DNA from: a virus | Lineage: Duplodnaviria; Caudoviricetes | Strand: one strand, 5' to 3' | IMG/VR virus record: IMGVR_UViG_3300034073_002120 | DNA length: 64,000 nt | Program-made: the position numbers and the translations under genes | Notes under the pieces: model-generated | Databases searched by the model: none | What the model was told of the DNA's origin: nothing | The model's input: only the letters and a program-made list of their open reading frames with translations | Part shown: piece after piece, positions 1-9,838 of the stretch | Position numbering within the stretch: the stretch's first letter is position 1 | How the letters are laid out: every line of letters begins with the position of its first letter

Positions 1-3000
1 TTGGTTTGATATTATCTTTAAATCTTCTATCAGATGATGAGTATGCAACGATGTCGTTTGTAGCATCAATTCTACCAGATGTACCACTTGCAGCCATTCC
101 AATTCCTAATGAACCAAACTGAACATTGTCAGAAGTTCCACCACCAGTTGTAGATGATAATGTTATTTGCGATGAACCCGATACTAATGGTGTACCTGTA
201 GCAAGAAGTGTACCATTTACAACTGAATCAGAACCTAATGTAATTAAAGTTCCTGTATCAGAAATGTTAGAATCATTTAAGTGATGATTATCAACTGCTT
301 TAGGAATTTTATTAGTTGTTAAGTAAGTAGGTGAACCTTTCGTAGTGTATTCAGGTCCAAATATTGTTACTGCATAATCAATTCCTGCAGATGATGAATA
401 TTCATATCCCCAATCATTTGTTTCACCATCATAATAAAATGATGCAGTGGATGCTGTAGAACCCGAATCATAAACTGATAATCCTGCGTATCTTGATGTT
501 GGTGTGTTTGTATTCAATATTATAAATGAATCACCAATAATTTTTGCACTACCTGAAACTGATTGAATATATGCAAATGAACCTGTTCCATTTACAATAA
601 TATCATTAAATGTTTTTGTACCATTTATAGTTTGGTCACCATCTAATGTTACATACCTCACATCATAAGAAGCAGTTAATTGAGATGACCCACTAATTAC
701 ACCTTCGGTATTTAATTTAGTTTTAATTGTTGTATCAATTGATGAACTGAATGTTTCATAATTATCAATTCTACTTTCGTGGTTAGAAGCAGTTGAATAT
801 AATTCGGTTAATTGTATATTTACTGAACCTGTATATGATGCTAATGTAATGTTTTTAGTTTCTTCTGATGCAGAAAACGAATTCAAATTTGTTAAATTTA
901 TTTCAGCTGAAGCTGTAAAAGCTTCAATTGCATCTAATCTAACATCTTGAGAACCAGTATCACTTTCTAATGCATCCAATCTATAATCAACTGATGCTGA
1001 AAATACGTTAAATCCATTTACACTACCAATTATAACTTGTGATGAACCGGATACTACACCTTCAACATTTAATTTAGTTTTAATTGTTGTATCAATTGAT
1101 GAACTGAATGTTTCATAATTATCAATTCTATCTTCATGATTTGATGCAGATGAATATAATTCGGTTAATTGAGAATCAACAGAACCTGTATAAGATGCAA
1201 GAGTTGAATCTTTTGTTTCTTGTGATGCACTAAATGTGTTTAATGGAGTTAATATACTAACAATTTGAGATGAACCACTAACTACACCTTCGGTATTCAA
1301 CTTAGTTTTAATACCATCTGTGAAGTGTGTAGAACCAGTATCTAATGACATTGTTACATCGCCACTTACTCCACCACCACTAATACCATCACCTGCAGTA
1401 ACCGATGTAATATCAGCTACGGCAATTGCAGTTAAAATTTCGTCAGTTCTCCAGTCAATATATTTTTTAGTTGCACCAGCAGTAAGTAAGTGATTATTAT
1501 TGTAGTTAATACTACCACTTACTAATACTATATCAGCTGATGATGTTACACTATAAAATGCTGCATCTCTAATTGAACCTTGAGTTCCATAATTCCATTC
1601 ACCAACTAAATTATGGAATGATGCTGAATTTGCATATATTAAATCGTATGATGCAGTTAATTGTGATGAACCACTAACAACTGAATCTCCATTTATTTCT
1701 AAATAACGATTATCATATGATGATGTTAATTGTGATGAACCACTAATTACACCATCTACGTTTAATTTATCTTTAACATTAGTATCAAAATTCGTAATAG
1801 TGTCGGCATTTACTTGTGATGAACCACTAATTACACCTTCAATATCTAATTTATCCTTAACGTTTGTATCAAAGTTAGTAATGGTATCAGCATTTACTTG
1901 TGATGAACCACTAAATACTCCTTCAATATCTAATCTACTCTTAATACCACTTACATAGTTTGTAGTTTGTGTTAAATCAATTTGAGATGAACCAGAAACA
2001 ACATCATCTCCATCTATTTCTAAGAAAGTAAATTTAAGGGCATCTACTACTTGTGCAGAACCAGAAACTACACCATCTCCGCCTGCAAGTAATAATTTAC
2101 TTTCACTTCCTAATTTTCCACCCTTCCAATAATCATTTGTGGCATCCCATAATAAAGAACCACTTATAGTTGAAACACCAGTAGCATCTTTTGTTATAAT
2201 ACCAGCAGTTGTTGCCGAACCACCATAATTTAATTCTAATATATTTTCACCAATATTAACTTGTGTAGAGTTAATTTGAGTTGTTGTTCCTAATACTGAA
2301 AGGTCACCATTAATTGTTACATTTGTTCCGTTTACACCGATTGCAGTTCTTAATGATGATGTGTAATCTTGTATACCATCAATTCTAGTTTCATGATTAG
2401 AAGCAGTAGAATATAATTCCGTTAATTGTAAATCTACCGAACCTGTATATGTTCCTAATGTAGAATCTTTTGTTTCCTGTGATGCACTAAATGTATTCAA
2501 TAATGATATTGAATTATTTACACTACCACTATTAGTTTCTAATTGGTCTAATCTATCATCTACTGATTGAGAGAATTGTAAAGTATTACTAATACCATAA
2601 ATTGAACCAGAAAATAATGGTGCAGATATTTGATATGATGATGTAATTGGACTATAAATTTCTAAACTTGCAGTAGAATTACCTATTTTTATACTTTCGC
2701 CATTATACAAACCAATTTCAATAACATCTGCATATAATTTAGCTGCAGATTTACCATTCTTAAGGTCTTCAACTGAAATATTTGCTAAACTTATATCAGT
2801 TGAACCAGATGGTTGAATTTGTAAATGTGAACGATATGGACCTACTAATACTTCTGACCCATATGATAAATCTGGAGCAAACATGTAAGTAGAAATAGCA
2901 TTATGATATGTACCCGGAGCATCTTCAAAATGTTCTAATGCTATAGCAGCATATTCATAAGTTCTACCATCTAATGTAAACCCATTAGTTTTTACAATAT

Positions 3001-3649
3001 GTTGTTCTGCCGGTGCTGTTGGCCATTGAACGTTAAATTCAACTAATGACCCACTTGTTACTAATGAACCGGTGATTGTTTGGTTTCCAATAAAGATATT
3101 AGAACCAGTTGTTGCATATGAACCAGTTACATTTATTAAATTTGTTAATTTAGAATCAATCGAACCTGTATAAGTTCCTAATGTTGTAAATTTATTATTA
3201 ATTGATTCGGTAAAATTTAATATGTTTATATCAGTAATACTACCATTTAAGTTGTTAGCATATACATTATTCCATTTTTTCGTAGTTGAACCTAAATCAA
3301 AGGTTGATGCAGACGGTATTAACGAACCACTAAATTGTGCATTTACATTAATATTATCTTGAGGAACATCACCTAAAACAATTTGACCATCTAAACGAAC
3401 ATCACCTCTAAAATATGCATTTGATGCAGTAATATCGTTGTTAAGAGTTAAATACGAACCTGATATAGTTCCTACTATTTGTAAATTACCAGTATTTGTT
3501 TCGGTTAGTTTTACTAATGTAATATTATCGTTGGTTGCACTACTTTTACCAACTTGTAATGTTGCCAACGCACTATTATAGAATAATTCAGATTGTTCCA
3601 ACGAAGTTGGGGTAGTAGACCCTCTTCTTAATTTTAATATTGCAGCCAT
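1..3649 (-). CDS. Long Ser/Gly/Thr-rich tail-fibre-like protein, 3'-partial (>1216 aa), ending in the start of a peptidase S74 chaperone domain; missing from the ORF track
   Basis: I translated it by hand from ATG 3649 (MAAILKLRRGSTT...) with no stop noticed to the window edge. It ends ...IDATNDIVAYSSSDRRFKDNIKP, the SDxRxKxNI start of S74 domains. It has many SGSSQ repeats and AGGA upstream. Confidence 0.85.
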   Translation of the reverse strand, partial: MAAILKLRRGSTTPTSLEQSELFYNSALATLQVGKSSATNDNITLVKLTETNTGNLQIVGTISGSYLTLNNDITASNAYFRGDVRLDGQIVLGDVPQDNINVNAQFSGSLIPSASTFDLGSTTKKWNNVYANNLNGSITDINILNFTESINNKFTTLGTYTGSIDSKLTNLINVTGSYATTGSNIFIGNQTITGSLVTSGSLVEFNVQWPTAPAEQHIVKTNGFTLDGRTYEYAAIALEHFEDAPGTYHNAISTYMFAPDLSYGSEVLVGPYRSHLQIQPSGSTDISLANISVEDLKNGKSAAKLYADVIEIGLYNGESIKIGNSTASLEIYSPITSSYQISAPLFSGSIYGISNTLQFSQSVDDRLDQLETNSGSVNNSISLLNTFSASQETKDSTLGTYTGSVDLQLTELYSTASNHETRIDGIQDYTSSLRTAIGVNGTNVTINGDLSVLGTTTQINSTQVNIGENILELNYGGSATTAGIITKDATGVSTISGSLLWDATNDYWKGGKLGSESKLLLAGGDGVVSGSAQVVDALKFTFLEIDGDDVVSGSSQIDLTQTTNYVSGIKSRLDIEGVFSGSSQVNADTITNFDTNVKDKLDIEGVISGSSQVNADTITNFDTNVKDKLNVDGVISGSSQLTSSYDNRYLEINGDSVVSGSSQLTASYDLIYANSASFHNLVGEWNYGTQGSIRDAAFYSVTSSADIVLVSGSINYNNNHLLTAGATKKYIDWRTDEILTAIAVADITSVTAGDGISGGGVSGDVTMSLDTGSTHFTDGIKTKLNTEGVVSGSSQIVSILTPLNTFSASQETKDSTLASYTGSVDSQLTELYSSASNHEDRIDNYETFSSSIDTTIKTKLNVEGVVSGSSQVIIGSVNGFNVFSASVDYRLDALESDTGSQDVRLDAIEAFTASAEINLTNLNSFSASEETKNITLASYTGSVNIQLTELYSTASNHESRIDNYETFSSSIDTTIKTKLNTEGVISGSSQLTASYDVRYVTLDGDQTINGTKTFNDIIVNGTGSFAYIQSVSGSAKIIGDSFIILNTNTPTSRYAGLSVYDSGSTASTASFYYDGETNDWGYEYSSSAGIDYAVTIFGPEYTTKGSPTYLTTNKIPKAVDNHHLNDSNISDTGTLITLGSDSVVNGTLLATGTPLVSGSSQITLSSTTGGGTSDNVQFGSLGIGMAASGTSGRIDATNDIVAYSSSDRRFKDNIKP
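711..1130. repeat. Exact 63-bp direct repeat (711-773 and 1068-1130) inside the fibre gene
   Basis: tttaatttagttttaattgttgtatcaattgatgaactgaatgtttcataattatcaattcta occurs twice and encodes RIDNYETFSSSIDTTIKTKL. Confidence 0.9.
1730..1935. repeat. Imperfect tandem repeat with ~84-bp period (28-aa unit EGVISGSSQVNADTITNFDTNVKDKLD/N)
   Basis: tttacttgtgatgaaccacta recurs near 1810 and 1894, and the peptide units are near-identical. Confidence 0.8.
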
Positions 3650-3754
3650 TTATTGTGATTTCCTATTTTATTTCATATAAATATAAATAATTGGTAAATT
3701 TACCCTATGCATAATGCCATTTACACTTATATAAGTATTGTAAAACCAAAAGTT

Positions 3755-3785
3755 AAAAAAAAATCCCCCACTATTGTGAGGGATT
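3755..3785 (-). terminator. Rho-independent terminator after the 914-aa fibre gene
   Basis: The minus strand reads AATCCCTCAC-AATA-GTGGGGGATT followed by a T run. Confidence 0.8.
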
Positions 3786-3807
3786 CTTATTTTTTTATAT
3801 TCTACAA

Positions 3808-6552
3808 TTAGAAAGTTCCACCATCAATTTCGTTTGAAGCAACGAATGATGAACCATTCCACTGTATTAAATCACCTGCGTTTGATGGAGTTACTGAAAT
3901 TAATTTCTTACTACCATTTGATACTACAAATGAATTAGCAGTTAAACCATTTATTACTAAATCACTTGTGATAGTAACATTAGAACCTGCATCCGTAATA
4001 TGTGAATCAACTAATAAACCACTTGCACCGATTACTTGAACTGAACCTGAAGTTGGAGTAGCATTTAATCTTGCAAATTGTTTTTCAGAACCTAATACTC
4101 CACCTTTCCAATAATCATTAGTTGTATCCCATAATAATGAACCAGATGTAGTTGAACTTGCAGTTACATCTCTTACTAATAAACCACCATTTGTTGCACC
4201 TGTTCCATTTAATTCGATAATATTATCACCGATTTGGACAGTTGTTGAATCAATAGTAGTTGTAGTCCCTTGAACATATAAGTTACCAGTTACACTAACA
4301 TTTCCACCAACTGATAAATTGTTTCCAATTGATGCAGTAGCGATTGTTACTTCATCCGGTAAACCGATTGTTACAGTGCCACCATTACCTAATGTTACTG
4401 AACCTCCACTTACGGAAATTTCATTTGATGTACCTTGAACTGTCAACGAAGTATTACCCTCTACTGCAGTTCCTGCAGTTGAACCATAATCAACTTCGAT
4501 TGAATTATCAACACCATTTAATGAAATACCAGTTCCGGCAACACCTGCTGCTAAATTAGCTGCGGTTACACCACCACTTTTGATTGATACGTTACCAGAT
4601 GAAACTGCAAAGTTAGTAGCTGAGAATGAAGCAACACCTTTTGTGGTTGTTGATGCATCTACGCCACTAATAGTGATTGTATTGTTAGTTATTGCAGTAG
4701 AAACACCAGTTGAACCTGTCACTAATAATGTATCACTTAATAATGATAATGTATCGTTGCCCGTTGAACCGCTAATTCTTAAATCAGTTGCAATACCTGT
4801 TAATTGAGAACCATCACCTTTAAATGAACCACTAAATGAACCACTTAATTCACCAGATGTTACTCTTAATGCATTAATTGTAGTTGAATTTAATTGAGAT
4901 GAACCACTAATTACACCTAATGAATTGTTGTATGCTAAAACATTTGTATCAAAATTAGTAATTGAATCTGCGTTTACTTGAGATGAACCTGAAATTACAC
5001 CTTCGGTATTCAATTTAGTTTTAATCGTTGTGTTGATTGAAGAACTAAATGAATTTAAGTTAGTTAATGTAGTATCAACTGAACCAGTATAAGTTGCAAG
5101 AGTTGAGAATTTAGTTACTACTGAACCTGTAAATGTTGCTAATGTAGAATCTTTTGTTTCTTGAGAACCACTAAAAGTTTCTAACGATGTTACTCTAGCA
5201 CCAATTGAACCACCACCACCTAACGATGCTTCAACTACATCAATTCTACCTTCATGGTCAGATGCAGATGCAAATAATTCAGTATCTTTAGCTGTTAAAG
5301 AAGAACTAAATGTAGAATATCCAGTTGTTGATGAAATTGTAATTTGTGAAGAACCACTAACTACACTATCACCACCTGCTAATAATACTTTTGATTCAGA
5401 ATCTTTAACACCTGCTTTCCAATAGTCATTTGTTGAATCCCAAACGATTGAACCAGTGTTTGTATTTGGAGAATCCACATCTTTAACCCACAATCCACCA
5501 TTTGCTGCACCACTACCATTTAATTCGATAATATTATCACCGATTTGGACAGTTGTTGAATTTACCACAGTTTGTGTTCCAGCTACGGTCAAATTACCAG
5601 GAATAGTTACATCACCACTAAATATTACATCAGTTCCACTTGCAGTAATTGCAGTTCTTAACGATGCAGTATAATCTTGTATTCCATCAATTCTAGTTTC
5701 ATGATTAGAAGCGGATGCGAACAATTCAGTTAAATCACCATCAACTGAAGCAGTATAAGTTGCAATTGTTGAGAATTTAGTATCAATCGAACTTGTGTAA
5801 GTTCCTAATGTTGTGAATTTAGTATTAACTGACCCACTATATGTAGCAAGAGTAGAATTTTTTGCTTCTTCTGATGCAGTGAATGTATGTAATGCGGATA
5901 AATCTGATGTTACTGATGCAGTATAAGTTGCTAATGTAGAATCTTTTGTTTCTTGAGAACCACTAAAAGTTTCTAAATTAGTTACTCTTGTTGCTAAAGC
6001 ACCACCACCACCAATAGATGATTCAATCGAATCAATTCTACTTTCGTGGTCAGAAGCAGTTGTATAAAGTTCCGTTACATTTGTACTAGCAGTTACTAAT
6101 CTACTATTTAATGATGAACTAAAATCAGTATATCCAGTTGTTGAAGAAATAGTAATTTGAGATGAACCAGAAACTGTTGCAGTTGGTAATAATGGAGTTA
6201 TTTGAGATGAACCCGAAACAATACCCGTACCACCTGTGTTTGCAGTTGTTTTAATTTCAACATTCCCACCTTTATTTAAGATGTATAATTTTTGGTCATC
6301 GGTGTCATAAAATGGAATACCATTTATCGATGTATCATATGAAGCTCCAGTTAAATCTGGAAGTGATGTACCTTGTAATATTTTGTTTGCTGGTGTTACT
6401 GTCGAACCATCAATACCTACGAATAAGATAGAGTTACCATTAGTTGCCGTAATTCCTGACGAACCCGTTACAACTAACAATTCACCGGCTCTTTTAGTAG
6501 CACTTGCAACGGATTCCAGCGAACCACGTCTATGTTTGATTATTTGTGCCAT
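3808..6552 (-). CDS. Ser/Gly/Thr-rich tail-fibre/spike-like structural protein (914 aa), paralogous to 1..3649
   Basis: N-terminus MAQIIKHRRGS resembles MAAILKLRRGS. It shares the repeat cassettes FSxSQETKDSTLxTYTGSV, ASxHExRID and SGSSQ, has the duplicated TVQIGDNIIELNG motif, and ends in EIDGGTF. Confidence 0.75.
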   Translation of the reverse strand: MAQIIKHRRGSLESVASATKRAGELLVVTGSSGITATNGNSILFVGIDGSTVTPANKILQGTSLPDLTGASYDTSINGIPFYDTDDQKLYILNKGGNVEIKTTANTGGTGIVSGSSQITPLLPTATVSGSSQITISSTTGYTDFSSSLNSRLVTASTNVTELYTTASDHESRIDSIESSIGGGGALATRVTNLETFSGSQETKDSTLATYTASVTSDLSALHTFTASEEAKNSTLATYSGSVNTKFTTLGTYTSSIDTKFSTIATYTASVDGDLTELFASASNHETRIDGIQDYTASLRTAITASGTDVIFSGDVTIPGNLTVAGTQTVVNSTTVQIGDNIIELNGSGAANGGLWVKDVDSPNTNTGSIVWDSTNDYWKAGVKDSESKVLLAGGDSVVSGSSQITISSTTGYSTFSSSLTAKDTELFASASDHEGRIDVVEASLGGGGSIGARVTSLETFSGSQETKDSTLATFTGSVVTKFSTLATYTGSVDTTLTNLNSFSSSINTTIKTKLNTEGVISGSSQVNADSITNFDTNVLAYNNSLGVISGSSQLNSTTINALRVTSGELSGSFSGSFKGDGSQLTGIATDLRISGSTGNDTLSLLSDTLLVTGSTGVSTAITNNTITISGVDASTTTKGVASFSATNFAVSSGNVSIKSGGVTAANLAAGVAGTGISLNGVDNSIEVDYGSTAGTAVEGNTSLTVQGTSNEISVSGGSVTLGNGGTVTIGLPDEVTIATASIGNNLSVGGNVSVTGNLYVQGTTTTIDSTTVQIGDNIIELNGTGATNGGLLVRDVTASSTTSGSLLWDTTNDYWKGGVLGSEKQFARLNATPTSGSVQVIGASGLLVDSHITDAGSNVTITSDLVINGLTANSFVVSNGSKKLISVTPSNAGDLIQWNGSSFVASNEIDGGTF

Positions 6553-6680
6553 TTAAATTTCCTTTTTAGTTTTTTGTTAATTATATAACCTTTTTTTTTG
6601 AGTTTGTAAGGACATATGCCTAATGATAAAACACTATTTAGTGTCGATTTATGTATAAATATAAAAATATTTAGGATTGA

Positions 6681-7352
6681 TTAAATCGTACCGGCATCAA
6701 TCATATAAGAACCAGATGATATGATGTATTCTACTGCATTTGTAAAGTGTACAGAACCAGTATTTAATGATATAGTTGTTATTCCACTTGAAACTGATTT
6801 AGATAATCCATTTCCTGCGTTTACTGATGAATCACCGATAGCAAAAGTATAAGTGTTCCAAGTTATTGAATCAGTAAAGGTGGTTACAAAATCTGCATAA
6901 GTAATATCTGCTTGATAAAGTGTGTTTGTATCTTTTATATACACAATTTGGCCATCCGTAAAATAACTTACCGATGATGAGGTTAAAGTTGCGTAATTTT
7001 CATATATTCTAAATAAACCACCAACTTCATATGGTGATTTAATATCAATTGATGCAGTATTTGAGTTTATTATAGTTATGGGTGCACCACTGCCTGATAT
7101 TCTTACTTCGGTTACAACTGCATCTACCGAACCACTTAGTACGTTAATACCAGTTCCTTCTGCAACTACACCTGTTAATCTACTACCATCTCCAACAAAT
7201 TGTGAAGCTTGGACAATGTTAGATGCGGTAATATCACCATCTACAAATAATGAACCAGTCAATACTTGTGAACCAGATACTACAAAAACCCCATCAATTA
7301 CCGATGCGGTTACAACGCCTTCTATTTGTTTACTTTGAATAAGTGTAGCCAT
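6681..7352 (-). CDS. Putative virion structural protein (fibre-associated)
   Basis: ORF track. It shares a VxAGxGxS...xSLxTGSxHF motif with the left fibre gene and ends in IDAGTI. Confidence 0.55.
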   Translation of the reverse strand: MATLIQSKQIEGVVTASVIDGVFVVSGSQVLTGSLFVDGDITASNIVQASQFVGDGSRLTGVVAEGTGINVLSGSVDAVVTEVRISGSGAPITIINSNTASIDIKSPYEVGGLFRIYENYATLTSSSVSYFTDGQIVYIKDTNTLYQADITYADFVTTFTDSITWNTYTFAIGDSSVNAGNGLSKSVSSGITTISLNTGSVHFTNAVEYIISSGSYMIDAGTI

Positions 7353-7355
7353 ATC

Positions 7356-7721
7356 TTAAATACTCACTATCTTTCCTTTTACTAAAAAATCATTTTTTGT
7401 TAATTCATTTTGATTATAACCCAATGTATCACCAAATGTTATTACGATATTTTCGCCATTTATACCAATATCATATATATTACTACTTTGTTTAATACCT
7501 TGTAAATAAATATCAGTATAATCTTTCGGAACACTTACTTTCATTTCTTCTACCAAAAATTTCTTATCCCACAAAACTAAAGTAATCAATCCATCAATTA
7601 TTACAAGTTGGTCTGGTGTATGTGGGTATAGATTTACATCTTCAATTACATTATTGATTAAAGTTTTTAATCTACCCCTATTATCGTAGGGCATTTTTGG
7701 TATATTTGGTTTTTGTCTCAT
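7356..7721 (-). CDS. Hypothetical protein, probably structural
   Basis: ORF track. It is tightly packed in the operon and has a DIYLQG...IVITF beta motif shared with neighbours. Confidence 0.55.
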   Translation of the reverse strand: MRQKPNIPKMPYDNRGRLKTLINNVIEDVNLYPHTPDQLVIIDGLITLVLWDKKFLVEEMKVSVPKDYTDIYLQGIKQSSNIYDIGINGENIVITFGDTLGYNQNELTKNDFLVKGKIVSI

Positions 7722-8167
7722 TATATCAAAAATATTCTATCTCCATTTTCTTGTATCATATTCGTATCATCTTCATTTGAAATATATCTTAATGCAGATG
7801 GGATTGATAGTTCATTAATTCTTTCAGCTGTTTCAGTTAAGTGAAAATCTCCACTCATTTTAATACTATCAGTTCTTTCCAAATCATATTGGAAATTACT
7901 TCTTTTAAATTTTACTATTATATCCCCACCCATTTGTTCCACTATGTAATCTTTTGGACCAATAAATTGTCCATTTATAAACACGTCAAATCTTGCATGT
8001 TCTTTTATATTTTTTCGTAAATGAATTGGTAAATCATTAATTACAGAATTTCGTAATATCCAAATCCAATAAAGTGAATGCAATAAATCATACGGAGCCA
8101 AATGATACTCATCTGGTTCATGCATTTGTTTTAATAAACGATTTATATCACCTAATGGAGTAATCAT
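7721..8167 (-). CDS. Hypothetical protein, probably structural
   Basis: ORF track. It has 1- and 4-nt overlaps with its neighbours and a FDVFING...IIVKF motif. Confidence 0.55.
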   Translation of the reverse strand: MITPLGDINRLLKQMHEPDEYHLAPYDLLHSLYWIWILRNSVINDLPIHLRKNIKEHARFDVFINGQFIGPKDYIVEQMGGDIIVKFKRSNFQYDLERTDSIKMSGDFHLTETAERINELSIPSALRYISNEDDTNMIQENGDRIFLI

Positions 8168-9279
8168 AATTCTATAAATTTACCAGTTACATAAAATTCA
8201 TCCGTATTTTCTAAAACATAACCTAATTGTGTATTAGAAGCAGGACTATTAGTATTGAATGTAAATGTTACACTATTGGTATTCACATTATATGTGTAAG
8301 TGTATATTGCAGGTTTAATAAGTACACCATTAATATAAACTCTAAACCAGTTTGTATCATCAAATGAACTTCTCAATTCTGGCGGGCATTCGGGGATTCT
8401 TACGTTTTCTAACGTAATTGTATCACTACTTACAAAAGTACCCTCATATGAACCCCTAATAGTGATAAAATCTAATATATCTGAATACTCATTATACACC
8501 ACTTCGTTTTTAGCAGAATAATTTGTATAAGTATTACCAGTTAAATCAGTTTCTAACCCCCAAACCACTTTTTTTGGAGTTAATGTTTTCTTAGTAGTAG
8601 ATTGATTATCAAATTTTTCAGGTAATAAATACGCATTTACCGTCATACTAAATGTACTTCTTACTACTCTTTGTGAATTGTCACCAACTTCTTGTTGATT
8701 ATCAAATGAATCAATTTTTACTGCAAATTTGAATCCATTTTTATCACCCCAATATTCATCGGTTGCATATTGAAATGCTTCCAATATTTTATTCATATGT
8801 TCCGTAAAATCAGTCCAAACATTTACCTCATATGTAATAGTTACATAATCGGGCATTGTAATATTGTACTGCTCAACCGGTCTTTTTACACCAGTCATTT
8901 GGGAAAATCTATCGTACTTATGTTTCTTAGAATATTTGATTACGGATGGATAAATCAAATGTCTATTCATTGCACTAGCCATAGAATCATTTCTAGCAAT
9001 TGAATTACGTTTGAATACAATCATCGGTAATTGAATTTGACCATTTTTATCTCTTAGAAATCCATCTTTCTTAATATTCTTCCATCTCTCCGGATTTCCG
9101 TATAATACCGGCACTTTAACCTTTTCACCTAATACTTCAACGGTTGGGACAACCACATCCATCATGTGTTCAGCAATTGCTAAATCCACATCATATAACT
9201 TAACCCCTTTATGATTTTGAGGTTCAGTTTTAAGTTGTTCTGCCCTACTGAAAGGTTTTTTTAATGGGTCTATTGACAT
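8164..9279 (-). CDS. Putative tail-completion/sheath-stabiliser protein (T4 gp15-like position) with an extra C-terminal beta domain
   Basis: It lies after two neck-like genes and has the motifs LYGNPERW, LPMIVFKR and PDYVTITYE, typical of this gene in large myovirus-like phages. Confidence 0.5.
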   Translation of the reverse strand: MSIDPLKKPFSRAEQLKTEPQNHKGVKLYDVDLAIAEHMMDVVVPTVEVLGEKVKVPVLYGNPERWKNIKKDGFLRDKNGQIQLPMIVFKRNSIARNDSMASAMNRHLIYPSVIKYSKKHKYDRFSQMTGVKRPVEQYNITMPDYVTITYEVNVWTDFTEHMNKILEAFQYATDEYWGDKNGFKFAVKIDSFDNQQEVGDNSQRVVRSTFSMTVNAYLLPEKFDNQSTTKKTLTPKKVVWGLETDLTGNTYTNYSAKNEVVYNEYSDILDFITIRGSYEGTFVSSDTITLENVRIPECPPELRSSFDDTNWFRVYINGVLIKPAIYTYTYNVNTNSVTFTFNTNSPASNTQLGYVLENTDEFYVTGKFIEL

Positions 9280-9833
9280 TAGTATGTTCTCTCCTCAATT
9301 TGTATTTGTGAACGTCTTACTAAGAAACCAGTAGCTATTAATTGCATTCTAGCATCTTCAAATGTGTTAGTTTCGGGGTCATAAATCTTTGGTGAACCAC
9401 CTACTAATACACTTTCTTCTATATTATTCAACTCATAATAATATCCATCAAATAAAATTACATCACCAATTTCTGGGTAACCATATGTTGTATTTTGAAT
9501 TGCATCTGCAGATATTTCCGTTCCATTAACTGTGGTTATTTTTGGTATTTCATGAGTTCTTAAACGATGCCTCATAAAACGAAACTCAATAGTGTTTGTA
9601 CTATCAGGTCCGTATTCATCGTAATTTTGTGTTACTTGTTCTCTTTGTATAATACACATTAAGTTTGCAGGTTGATGATATACTTTACCAATTGATTCAC
9701 CATACAAATTTGTTTTTGATTCACCAACTGAAACTTTGAATAATGTAATAGATTGTTGCACTACATAATCAACCACTTCTTCAGCAATTGTTTTAATAAA
9801 ATCTAAATCTCTGCTATGAAAAAATTTTGGCAT
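9279..9833 (-). CDS. Putative neck/head-closure protein (gp14-like)
   Basis: Position, NLYGES motif and PEIGDVI.FDGYYYE motif. Confidence 0.5.
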   Translation of the reverse strand: MPKFFHSRDLDFIKTIAEEVVDYVVQQSITLFKVSVGESKTNLYGESIGKVYHQPANLMCIIQREQVTQNYDEYGPDSTNTIEFRFMRHRLRTHEIPKITTVNGTEISADAIQNTTYGYPEIGDVILFDGYYYELNNIEESVLVGGSPKIYDPETNTFEDARMQLIATGFLVRRSQIQIEERTY

Positions 9834-9838
9834 ATAAA

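Noticed and set aside
700-6000. Regularly recurring gatgaacc-containing repeats as a possible CRISPR array
   Set aside because: The repeats are in-frame coding units (SGSSQ) with degenerate third positions and irregular spacing, with no unique spacers and no cas genes.
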